Shown here one piece after another: positions 1 to 8,539 of a stretch of 64,000 nucleotides of DNA. Positions within the stretch are counted from its first letter, which is position 1; each line of letters opens with the position of its first letter. The DNA comes from a virus. The position numbers were made by a program, and so were the translations under genes. The stretch covers positions 1-64,000 of IMG/VR virus record IMGVR_UViG_3300031548_000002; one strand, written 5' to 3'. The notes below the pieces were generated by a model. That model ran no database searches. It was not told where the DNA came from and worked only from the letters and a program-made list of their open reading frames with translations.

Positions 1-315
1 CGCGCGGGTGCGGCACGAGAACGGGGTTGGGCGGCGCGATGCGGACGCGCGGCGCGACCGGCGGCGGAGTGATCGGCCGCGGCGGGTACGCGGGATGCGG
101 CGGAATCCGCGGCGTCTCGGCCGCGATGATTGGCGTGGCCACGGTCACGACGTCGGTCGCGCCCCGCTGGCGGCGTCGGCCGGTCGGGAGTCCAAGGAGT
201 CGCCGCCAGCGGGGCGTCCGGCGGTGTCGAGCGGTCATCTGGTTCACCTTTGCGCGCGTTGGGTAGTCGACATAGTGGCGGCCGAGTCGTGAGCGACTCG
301 ACCGCCTGGACCAGC

Positions 316-1068
316 TTACTGGTTGAGCAGGGTCTTGAGCGTGTCCAGCTGCTTGGCCTTGGAGCGCAGCTCCTCGAGCTCCTCCTCCGTGATCTCGGGT
401 CCGGACTTGGCCTTGAGCTGCTCGCCGATGTGGATGATCTCCACGGCGATCGCGGTGAGTGCCTCGGACGCCTTGCCCAGCTGGTGCGCCAGGGCACGGA
501 CGTTGCGCACGATCTCGTGGACGTCGGCCGGGATCACCGGGGCGCCGCGCTGGCCGGTGGCGTACGCGTGCAGCTGCTCGGCGGGAGTCGCGGTCCTGGA
601 CGCTGATGTGGACACGGTCGTGGTGGTGTTGGCCGAGGCCTTGGTGGTCGTGGTCATCGTCGTGGTCTCTCCGGTGGTAGATGTGGTGCCGCGCGGCTTC
701 TTAGGCGCGGAGCCGCCCGCACGCGCGGAGGCCTTGCGCTCCTCCGCCGTGCGCGAGTGCGACGCCGCGTGCACGACGGCGCTCTGCGCCTTGACGTTGA
801 TGTAGCCGCAGGTGCGGCACTGGTAGACGATCGAGTCGTCGTCCAGCAGGACTTGGTCGACGAGCTTACTGGTCGCCGGTCCGGTGACGACGGGCGAGGG
901 GTGCGTGTACACCGCCGCCTCGCGCTCGATGACCTTCCGTCCGCCGAACCACTTCGGGTGGCTGAGGGCGTCGCCCAGCGCGCTGGCGATGCTGGTGGTG
1001 CCGCGCGCGGCGCTCACCGCACTCGCGACGACGCTAGGCGTGGTGTTGACCTTACTCACTTCACTCAC
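316..1068 (-). CDS. hypothetical protein with C2H2 zinc finger, Thr-rich linker and C-terminal coiled coil
   Basis: 250 aa ORF; CRTC-x12-HAASH motif; GGAG upstream of the start. Confidence 0.75.
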   Translation of the reverse strand: MSEVSKVNTTPSVVASAVSAARGTTSIASALGDALSHPKWFGGRKVIEREAAVYTHPSPVVTGPATSKLVDQVLLDDDSIVYQCRTCGYINVKAQSAVVHAASHSRTAEERKASARAGGSAPKKPRGTTSTTGETTTMTTTTKASANTTTTVSTSASRTATPAEQLHAYATGQRGAPVIPADVHEIVRNVRALAHQLGKASEALTAIAVEIIHIGEQLKAKSGPEITEEELEELRSKAKQLDTLKTLLNQ

Positions 1069-1136
1069 TACTCCGTCTCATCGCTGATCGTGAACGCCGG
1101 GCGACGGGCCGGTGCTCTCCGCCGCCCGGCGCCGTC

Positions 1137-1924
1137 CTATGCGAGCGCCCGCCGGCTCGAGCCACTCAAGCCTACGTCATCGCCCAGGTTCGCGCTCGCT
1201 CCCGCGGACTGCCCCGCGAAGTAGCCGTCGGAGTCGTAGCTGGAGAGCTTGCCGGTCCGGGCGGGTCCGCCCGCGAACTGATCCGCCCAGGCCTGGATGA
1301 CCCGGTCGCGGTCGAGCAGCGCCACCTCCGCACCGACGAGCCCCGCGTCCGCCGCGGCCTGCACGGTCCGGGCGCGCGCCGCCGCGAGCCGGTCGAGGAC
1401 CGTGTTGATGAAGCCGATCAGGAAGGTCCGCTTCCAGACGAACTTCTCCATGGCGGTGTAGTGGCGCAGCCACGGCTCTTCCTTGACCGCCCGGCCCCAC
1501 GCGAGCTTGAGCTCGGACTCGGCCTGCAGCCGCAGCGACGCGTAGAGCACCTGCACGGTGAACGTCGCCGACTCGAAGCCGTACGCGTAGACGTACCGCT
1601 TGGTGTTCTTGCCCGAGACCAGCGGGTACGCACCGGCGACCGCGTGCGCGATCCCGCACGCGAGCTGGCTGTACTGCCGGGCGTAGATGCCGAAGACCTC
1701 GATGATCACGCACTTACGATCTTCGGCGCGGGCGTTCTGCTCCCGGGCGACCATGGACGCATCGAGCCCGTACTTCTGCATGAACTCGAACGCCTTGGCC
1801 TGCGCGAGCTCGCCCTCGGGGGTGTCGCCCGCGGCGCGCGCGCCAGCTCGAGCAGGTACTTGAGCTTGATGACGTACTTCGTGACGTCGTCGCCGTCGTC
1901 GTTGTAGATGTGCTCGTCGGTCAT
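1137..1924 (-). pseudogene. DUF2786-like protein, frameshifted in a (GC)n run near 1833-1845
   Basis: ATG at 1924 gives MTDEHIY...KLKYLLELAR; GDTPEGELAQAKAFEFMQKYG continues in another frame (ORF 1137..1781); own promoter and GACACGA leader upstream. Confidence 0.65.
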
Positions 1925-1993
1925 CGTGATCACCCGTCCCGTCGTGTCGTGTTGTTGGTTACAAACTAGCACAAGAGCACACGTAGTGCAACC
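1925..1993 (-). promoter_or_regulatory. sigma70-like promoter TTGCAC-N17-TAGTTT with ACACGACACGAC leader
   Basis: matches the recurring phage promoter consensus. Confidence 0.6.
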
Positions 1994-2016
1994 ACGACTC
2001 ACAGGTCGCCGCGCGG

Positions 2017-2217
2017 CTAGCGCGATGCGGGACTCGTGAGCTCGATGCGCGTGGGCGTCCGCGGGTCCGCGGCGGGTCGATCGATCGTCGTCATGCCCAC
2101 GACCAGTCCCGCGGCGAAGGCGCCCAGCGCGATGAACGCGACCACGCCGGTGGGCGCGCCCGATGTCGCGCGCTGGTACTCGGACAGGGGCAGTGTGACG
2201 TTGGTTCGCTCGGTCAC
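2017..2217 (-). CDS. small single-TM membrane protein
   Basis: GACACGAGGAG leader/RBS then GTG; hydrophobic VVAFIALGAFAAGLVVG. Confidence 0.6.
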   Translation of the reverse strand: MTERTNVTLPLSEYQRATSGAPTGVVAFIALGAFAAGLVVGMTTIDRPAADPRTPTRIELTSPASR

Positions 2218-2376
2218 GATCTCTCCTCGTGTCGTGTCGACGTGCGAAGCTTGTGCCGTAGGCGTGTACCCTCGCCTTCCATCGTCGTGTGCCGCACCGG
2301 AGGCCGTTCCGCGACGCGTACTGGGCATTCACTGGTAACCGACGATCCGCCCTCGGGGTTGAGCGGCTAACGGCCG

Positions 2377-2448
2377 TGGATGCGGGAGGACTCGAACCTC
2401 CGGTGGAAAAGGCACTGCTCGGCCCACGTCACCCGCCGCCGCGCATCC
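2377..2448 (-). ncRNA. tRNA-like RNA (perfect acceptor stem and T-arm, non-canonical D/anticodon region)
   Basis: GGATGCG/CGCATCC-A acceptor; GGAGG-TTCGAGT-CCTCC T-arm; no canonical D-arm or 7-nt anticodon loop. Confidence 0.6.
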
Positions 2449-2655
2449 TCGATCTTAAGTTGTCTGGTGGGCGCCGCGCCTCGTGGCCACGAGACGCGGC
2501 TTACCCTTCACCGCAGGTACCCGTGCGGTGCGACACCGCCGTACGGCGCGTTGTGGCGCTTGGTCGACCGTGCCACGGGTCAACCTCCCACTCGGCGGGA
2601 TCGGCCCGCATCTCCGCTACTCGTCGCGGCGGCTTGGTTAGACTACGAGTGGTCG

Positions 2656-2727
2656 TGGATCCGGCGGGAATCGAACCCGCGTACCTCCGATTTTAAGTCG
2701 GGCGCTCTGCCACTGAGCTACGGACCC
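2656..2727 (-). tRNA. tRNA with UAA anticodon (Leu, TTA), short variable loop
   Basis: GGGTCCG/CGGATCC acceptor, GCTC/GAGC D-stem, CCCGA-CTTAAAA-TCGGA anticodon arm, GCGGG-TTCGATT-CCCGC T-arm, A73. Confidence 0.85.
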
Positions 2728-2838
2728 GTGTGTCCGAGGGTAACGGCGATCGGCCGCTCACTCCGTCACCTTTCGCGATCTGTCGTGGCGTCCCACGTGA
2801 GTCGCTCCGCCGCTCGGACCAGACGGCGTCGTCTAAAT

Positions 2839-2949
2839 CTAGTTCTTGCGCTGGCCGTGCTGCCGGTCGAGGCACTTGTCGAGGTGACGACGTAGCGCGG
2901 CCTGGTCGCCGAGCCAGCCGCCGCAGTTCGGGCACTGAACGGACGACAC
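2839..2949 (-). CDS. 36-aa C2HC zinc-finger microprotein
   Basis: GAGGAG RBS, GTG; MSSVQCPNCGGWLGDQAALRRHLDKCLDRQHGQRKN. Confidence 0.6.
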   Translation of the reverse strand: MSSVQCPNCGGWLGDQAALRRHLDKCLDRQHGQRKN

Positions 2950-2969
2950 GATCACTCCTCTCTGTGACG

Positions 2970-3043
2970 TAGCTCCGGGGAGATTCGAACTCCCAACCTC
3001 TTGATCCTAAGTCAAGCGCCTCTGCCAGTTGGGCCACGGAGCC
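2970..3043 (-). tRNA. tRNA-Leu(UAG), short variable loop
   Basis: GGCTCCG/CGGAGCT acceptor, Leu-type 3-bp D-stem, CTTGA-CTTAGGA-TCAAG anticodon arm, GGGAG-TTCGAAT-CTCCC T-arm, A73. Confidence 0.88.
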
Positions 3044-3126
3044 TAGGTGGGTGGTGGCGCTGATCGACCCGACATCGCGTCGGACGGAGCACGGCGTGAG
3101 CGCCGTCCGACGGCGCCACCACCTCG

Positions 3127-3206
3127 CTGCCTCGGCGGGTTGCGAACCCGCGCCTCCGAACCCGGAGCGACCGGGTCCGGCGCTCTGCCCACTGAGCTAC
3201 GAGGCA
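3127..3206 (-). ncRNA. tRNA-like RNA with a 10-bp extended anticodon stem and 5-nt loop
   Basis: TGCCTCG/CGAGGCA acceptor; GCTC/GAGC D-arm; CCGGACCCGG-TCGCT-CCGGGTTCGG; GCGGG-TTCGCAA-CCCGC T-arm. Confidence 0.7.
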
Positions 3207-3256
3207 CCGTCGTGCAACCCGCCGTAGGTCCGAAGCCCCGCGGTGGGCGTGAGTGG

Positions 3257-3847
3257 CTACGCGGCGTAGCCGTGCTTGTCCCAGCAGACGGGACCGATGC
3301 CCCGCTCGATCGACAGGTCGTCGGTGAGCAGCCTGCCGCAGCACGCGCACCGGCCGTACAGTGAGCCGTACGCGGCCGCCTGCTCGCGCGTCATGCGGTG
3401 CGCGGGCGTCAGCTTGGCGAGCACCCAGAGGGAGCCCTTGGACCGGAAGGCCGCCGGCTCACCGGGAGCGGCCTCCTGCAAGATCGACGTGTACAGTCGG
3501 CCGTCGTACTGTGAGTGCTTGACCTTGACGACCAGGCCCTCGTAGATGTAGAAGCCGACCGTGACGTCGGGGTGCACGCGCCACTTGGCGGTCGCCGCGG
3601 ACGCGGACGCGGACGCGGACGCGTCCACCGGCCGGGGGTCGCGCTTGATCTGCTTGAGCCGGGTGATGAACCGCGAGGCGCCGACGGTGCTCAGCGCGAG
3701 CAGCTGCGCCTCGGTGGCCGTGAGGCCGAGTGTGGCGAGCTGCTGGCTGCGCTCTGTGATCATGGTGCGGATCAGGTCGAGCTGCGCCTGGGTCGCGGGC
3801 TTGGAACGGGTGGGCTGCGCGTAGTTCATCTTGATCGCCGTCCTCAT
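3257..3847 (-). CDS. DUF6011-like zinc-ribbon protein
   Basis: C-terminal RCACCGRLLTDDLSIERGIGPVC; N-terminal ATQAQLDLIRTM; own promoter at about 3848-3918. Confidence 0.75.
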   Translation of the reverse strand: MRTAIKMNYAQPTRSKPATQAQLDLIRTMITERSQQLATLGLTATEAQLLALSTVGASRFITRLKQIKRDPRPVDASASASASAATAKWRVHPDVTVGFYIYEGLVVKVKHSQYDGRLYTSILQEAAPGEPAAFRSKGSLWVLAKLTPAHRMTREQAAAYGSLYGRCACCGRLLTDDLSIERGIGPVCWDKHGYAA

Positions 3848-3917
3848 CGTGTCGCCGACCGGTGCCTTCCGGTTGGTGCGCTACGACTAATATAGCACAG
3901 GAGTCGGAGGCGTGCAA

Positions 3918-4277
3918 CTAGTAGTCGAGCGGTCCCAGTCCCGCGCGCTCGTCCACGTCCAGGACGTCGTCGACGTCGTGCACATCACGCGCGATGCGGA
4001 GCAGCGCGCGGAGGTCGGCGGCGCGCACGATGACCGCCGACTCGTGCGCGTACAGCTGACCGGAGTCGATCAGGCTGGCGGTGATGCGCGGCGTGACGCG
4101 GCCAATGATGACCACCTCGCCCGTGGGTTGGCCGCCCTCGTACAGGGGCACGGCGCGAAGCGGCGCTCCGCGCATGTTGAGGTAGGGCGGCGGGGCGACG
4201 TCGAGGACGTCGCCCACCGTCACGTCGGCCACGGGCGAGCCGTGGTCGTCGTCGTCGGAGGCCGGGAGGCCCGTCAC
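3918..4277 (-). CDS. hypothetical protein
   Basis: 119 aa, GTGA overlap with the upstream gene. Confidence 0.6.
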   Translation of the reverse strand: MTGLPASDDDDHGSPVADVTVGDVLDVAPPPYLNMRGAPLRAVPLYEGGQPTGEVVIIGRVTPRITASLIDSGQLYAHESAVIVRAADLRALLRIARDVHDVDDVLDVDERAGLGPLDY

Positions 4278-4720
4278 GCGACGAGCCGGTTCTCGTAGGC
4301 GTCGGCGATGTCATCGTCGAGGTCCGACGCCTCGGCCAGCGCCCAGTCGCTGGCGATGGGCAGGCGGGGCTGGCCGTCCTGCCGCACGACCAGCGCGGCG
4401 ACGACCTTGCGGGGCGAGTCGGTCCAGACGGTCCGGATGCGGTCGGTCTCGCCGGGAACGATCGAGCGGCCGACGGTGTACAGGAGGTACTCCACGCCCG
4501 CCTCCTCGTCCTCGGAGACGTTCAGGATCAGCACCTCGAACCAGCGGCACGCGGAGCACCGCTCGCCGCGGCCGGCGTGCGCGCCGACGTGGTCGTTGTG
4601 CTCGTCCTGCTCGCTGGTGGCGCGGCCCAGGAGCGAGCCGAACACCGTGAACTCGGTTCCGCTCTTGTCGCGGAGCTGCCAGGTCCGGGGGACCGGCTCG
4701 GGGGCGCGTGTGCGCGTCAT
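4274..4720 (-). CDS. hypothetical protein
   Basis: 148 aa, GAGGACACG leader, CSAC motif. Confidence 0.7.
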   Translation of the reverse strand: MTRTRAPEPVPRTWQLRDKSGTEFTVFGSLLGRATSEQDEHNDHVGAHAGRGERCSACRWFEVLILNVSEDEEAGVEYLLYTVGRSIVPGETDRIRTVWTDSPRKVVAALVVRQDGQPRLPIASDWALAEASDLDDDIADAYENRLVA

Positions 4721-4973
4721 CGTGTCCTCATCTCTTCGGGGTGGCGCGACCGGAGCGGGCGGGTCGGCGGCGCACCACTTCCCACAGTCAGCCGCGCCGC
4801 CGAGGTCCGCCCGCGCGGCCTCGGTTCGATAGTACCAGCACGTGATCCACTAGCGCCGCACGGCGCGGTGGTCACCACGGTGGTCGGGCGCGAGGCGGCG
4901 CGAGACGGCGTGCGGTGAACGCGACGGACTCGTCACGGCGCGGCGCGCACAATTGGTCTTGGAATTAGGATAG

Positions 4974-7724
4974 TTGAATCCCCCGGTCCCGGCCGGTGGC
5001 GGGCGACGTGAAGTGCCCGTGACCGGCCGTGACGGGGTCGCGAGCCGGCGCGGTGCGCGTCCGGCGGGCACGGCGCGAGAGGAACGACCAGATGACGGCG
5101 ATGACGAGCGCGGGCGCGCACGGCGCCCGCTCCGCGTGGTGACGGCCGTGGACCCGGGCTCGGGCTCGGGTTACGACGACCTCTTGATCGAGTCGGTGGA
5201 GGGCTACCTCACACTCGGCTGGAAGCTGTTCGTGCTTCGGCACAGTCCCAGCGGCGAGAAGACACCCGCGGGCAACTGCCGCGCGTGTGATCTCGCCGGT
5301 CCGGGTCACGACATGACCGCGTGCACGTGCCTACTGTGTCACGGCTTCCACGCGGCGACCGGCGACGTCGCGCGCCTGGCACAGATGTTTGGTGAGCTCA
5401 ACGGGGGCCAGCTGGCGGTGAGGACCGGCTCCGCGTCAGGCATCGTGGTCATCGACGCCGAGGGCCACACCGACGAAGAGCACATGCCCACCGGCGTCGA
5501 GGTGCTGGACACGTGGACGGACTGGGCCGGTGGCTTTCCGCTGACGCCCACCGCGCGCGCCCTGACGCCGTCCGGTGGTGTGCACATGTACTACCGCACC
5601 GGCTCGGATGCGACCGTGCGCCAGCGGGGACGCGTCCTGCCCAACGTCGACATCAAGGGCGAGGGCGGGTACGTCGCGCTCCCGCCCGGCCGAGGTGGAG
5701 ACCGCCGCTGGCTCAACGTCGACGGCGTTGGTCCGTCGACGTTCGAGCTCAGCGAACCCTCGGCGCCCCTCTGGTCCTGGCTGAGGACCGTGCGAGGCGG
5801 GCGAGGCCGTAGTACTAGTAGCAACGGATCGGGTGACTCGGCGGGCCACTCGGGCGAGTACGACTACGACGCTTACTTGCGCGACGGCCCGCCGCGCGGC
5901 GTCCAGTCGGAGTTCTTGAATGACCGGCTCTTCCGACTCATCGCGCACCAGGGCGTCGCGAACGCGACGGAGCTGTTCAAGATCGTCTGGCCGGAAGTCG
6001 AGACGTGGGAGCAGCGTGATGACGACCCGTGGCAAGAGCGCGACGTCCGCGCCAAGATCGACTCGATGGTCCGCAGCATTCCCGCGGCGGAACCCATCCC
6101 CACATGGCGTCCGCGCGTGCGACGACGCGACGGCACGGAGGTCGGCGGGTCGTTCGAGGCCGAGTCGGTCGCCACAACCGTGCCGTCCGAGAATGTGATC
6201 GCCGTCGACTTCGGCGGAGACGGCGTGGCGGGTGCGGCGCCTCCGCCGTTCGTGCCGGTCCCACCCACGGGAGGCGGGGATGACGACGGCGACATTCCGA
6301 TCCGCTTTGACGGCTTTCGCGGCGAGACCACGGACGACTCGGGCAACGCCCAGCGGCTGGTGCGACTGCACGGCGCCGACATCAGGTTCGTCGCGGACCT
6401 CCAGTCGTGGCTCATCTGGAACGGCGTGTACTGGGTCCGCGACCGCGTCAACCGCGTGATGGACCTCACGCTGTCCGTGACCGCGGACATCGAAGATCAC
6501 GCCCTTACGATCGCCGACGACACCGAGCGTCAACGGTGGGGTGCCTTCGCCGCCAAGTCCCGCAGCCGAGCGGGACGCGTCGCCATGCTCAAGAACGCGG
6601 AGTCACACCCCGACCTCGTGCTCACGCCGGAGGCGCTGGACCGGGACAAGTGGAGCCTGGTCGTCCGGAACGGCGTCTTGGACCTACGGACGTCCACGTT
6701 CACAAGGCCGCGACGCGAGGACCTCTGCACACGCGCCGCCGACGTCGCGTACGACCCGACGGCGACGTGCCCGAGGTGGGAAGAGTTCGTCCGGTTCGTC
6801 ACGTGCGACGACGCCGAGCTGGCCACGTACCTCCGGCGGCTGGCGGGCTACACGTTGACGGGCGACACGACCGCGCACGCGTTCTTCTCGCTGGAGGGCG
6901 TAGGCGCCAACGGCAAGAACGTGTTCGTGGAGACGCTTATGTTCATGATGGGCGACTACGCGACCGTCGCGTCGACCAAGCTGCTGACGCAGGGTGACAA
7001 GTCACACGCCGCGATCGTCGCGGACCTCGCCGGCGCGCGGCTGGTGTTCGTCGATGAGATCCCGCAGGGCAAGCACGTGGACGTCGAGCGAATGAAGTCG
7101 TTCACCGGCTCTGCCCGGATCAAGGCGCAGCACATGCGCGAGAACTGGTTCTTCTTCGAGCCGCAGATGAAGTTCTGGATCGCGGGCAACGAGCAGCCGC
7201 GCTTCAAGGACTCCAGCGACGGCATCTGGCGCCGCATGCACCGCATCCTCTTCCGGGCGAAGGTCACGGAGGAGCAGAAGATCGCGGACTACGCGCGCAT
7301 CTTGCACGAGGAGGAGGGCGCGGGGATCCTGAACTGGTGCCTGGCCGGACTGCGCGACTTCCACGAACGTGGTAAGAAGTTGGACGCGCCGGAGTCGGTC
7401 AAGGCCGCGGTCATCGAGCTGCGGACCGACGAGGACCACTTCGCGGCGTTCGTGGACGAGTGCCTCGAGATCACCGGCGACGCGACCCTGACCGGCGACT
7501 GGATCACCAACGCGCAGCTGTTCCAGCTGTACACGGGATGGTGCGACGCGAACGGCGTGTCGAAGGTGGACCGCCACAACGGCGTGCACCTGAGTCGCAC
7601 GGTCGCGAAGATGCCCGGCTTGGAGCGGTTCAACGACCGCCGGTCGGGTAAGAGAGAGCGAGGCTTTGGCGGCGTTCGCGCCGCAACATCGGCGCTGTCG
7701 ATCATGGGTGGCGCGCTGCTCTAG
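4974..7724 (+). CDS. DNA primase-polymerase / SF3 (D5/P4-type) helicase
   Basis: Prim-Pol motifs (VVIDAE, TPSGGVHMYY, DIKGEGGYV); D5_N-like DSGNAQRL; Walker A GVGANGKN; Walker B VFVDE; GIWRR; true start uncertain. Confidence 0.92.
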   Translation: MNPPVPAGGGRREVPVTGRDGVASRRGARPAGTAREERPDDGDDERGRARRPLRVVTAVDPGSGSGYDDLLIESVEGYLTLGWKLFVLRHSPSGEKTPAGNCRACDLAGPGHDMTACTCLLCHGFHAATGDVARLAQMFGELNGGQLAVRTGSASGIVVIDAEGHTDEEHMPTGVEVLDTWTDWAGGFPLTPTARALTPSGGVHMYYRTGSDATVRQRGRVLPNVDIKGEGGYVALPPGRGGDRRWLNVDGVGPSTFELSEPSAPLWSWLRTVRGGRGRSTSSNGSGDSAGHSGEYDYDAYLRDGPPRGVQSEFLNDRLFRLIAHQGVANATELFKIVWPEVETWEQRDDDPWQERDVRAKIDSMVRSIPAAEPIPTWRPRVRRRDGTEVGGSFEAESVATTVPSENVIAVDFGGDGVAGAAPPPFVPVPPTGGGDDDGDIPIRFDGFRGETTDDSGNAQRLVRLHGADIRFVADLQSWLIWNGVYWVRDRVNRVMDLTLSVTADIEDHALTIADDTERQRWGAFAAKSRSRAGRVAMLKNAESHPDLVLTPEALDRDKWSLVVRNGVLDLRTSTFTRPRREDLCTRAADVAYDPTATCPRWEEFVRFVTCDDAELATYLRRLAGYTLTGDTTAHAFFSLEGVGANGKNVFVETLMFMMGDYATVASTKLLTQGDKSHAAIVADLAGARLVFVDEIPQGKHVDVERMKSFTGSARIKAQHMRENWFFFEPQMKFWIAGNEQPRFKDSSDGIWRRMHRILFRAKVTEEQKIADYARILHEEEGAGILNWCLAGLRDFHERGKKLDAPESVKAAVIELRTDEDHFAAFVDECLEITGDATLTGDWITNAQLFQLYTGWCDANGVSKVDRHNGVHLSRTVAKMPGLERFNDRRSGKRERGFGGVRAATSALSIMGGALL

Positions 7725-8130
7725 CCCGTGAAGATGCCGCTGGAACGGTAGGGTGACTGCCGTTCCAGCGGCACTTTTTATGTCATAGGTGGAACGGCAA
7801 GGGTGGAACGGCTTCCGTTCCACCCGACCTGGGACGTATGTTTAGGCTTATGAGTGATGGAAATCACATGTGATTGTGAGGATTTGGAACGGCAAAGGGA
7901 GGACGATTTCGATAGTGTTCCAGGGCAGTGTTCCACATAATCATTTATCACAAGTTTGCCCTGAAGTTGATTTTCTTAGTTAGGAATATTTCAACTGGAA
8001 CAGTTAGAACAGTAGAACAGTAAAACAACGACTATGTCGAGAAACGATGCGACACGCTGGCGCAAGGCCCTTCGACATGCATTTTTTGTGTTCCAATGTT
8101 CCACTGTTCCAGTAGCACACAAGCTGAGGT
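7725..8130. other. candidate replication origin (AT-rich, about a dozen TGGAAC/GTTCCA repeats)
   Basis: most AT-rich non-coding tract in the window; repeats in both orientations; directly follows the primase-helicase. Confidence 0.6.
7735..7780 (+). terminator. intrinsic terminator after the primase-helicase
   Basis: TGCCGCTGGAACGG/CCGTTCCAGCGGCA stem followed by CTTTTT. Confidence 0.7.
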
Positions 8131-8205
8131 TGAATGGAGTGAAGTTGAGGCCTGGGATGGTAGAATGGTTTTGAGGCTGACAGGACGTTGACACGAGGAG
8201 TGAAG

Positions 8206-8484
8206 ATGACCACGAGGAAGACGTTGAGCTTTGTCGAGGAGCTTAACAAAAGGGAGGACCTCGTCGAGGACTTGCACGAGATGATCGGGTGGATCACGGC
8301 GGGAATCAAGTGGGTCGCGGGAACGAACTCGGGCATGGGCGTCTTGGAGGCGAACGCGGTCAAGCAGGCGGAGTCGATGGAGAAGCTGGCCGACGCGGTG
8401 AGCACGGTGGGCGACGGACTTGGTGACGTCGCGAAGGCGATCCGTGAACACACGCGGGCACTCACAAAGAAAGATCAAGCGTAG
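8206..8484 (+). CDS. hypothetical helical protein
   Basis: GACACGAGGAG leader, ATG. Confidence 0.7.
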   Translation: MTTRKTLSFVEELNKREDLVEDLHEMIGWITAGIKWVAGTNSGMGVLEANAVKQAESMEKLADAVSTVGDGLGDVAKAIREHTRALTKKDQA

Positions 8485-8539
8485 CGCCTGGTAGGATGCG
8501 CTGGACACGATCGATCGACACGGACACGAGAGGACCACG

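Noticed and set aside
1-315. Short ORFs at the window start
   Set aside because: A minus-strand Pro-rich ORF probably runs off the edge, but I cannot define its product.
2731-2820. Y RNA (GGUCCGA start)
   Set aside because: The stem lacks the bulged C of the Ro-binding helix and no Ro/TROVE gene is in the window; kept only as a generic structured-RNA candidate.
3127-3206. Intron-containing tRNA or selenocysteine tRNA
   Set aside because: The extra sequence is only about 8 nt and fully paired with no splice motif; no UCA anticodon or long variable arm.
3596-3623. Short coding tandem repeats (GCGGAC x4; also GCCGCGACC x3 near 15983)
   Set aside because: In-frame low-complexity Ala-rich linkers with no sign of a separate function.
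7725-8130. Repeats considered as a CRISPR array
   Set aside because: Units are 6-8 bp, irregularly spaced and in both orientations; no 25-40 bp repeat-spacer pattern and no cas genes.
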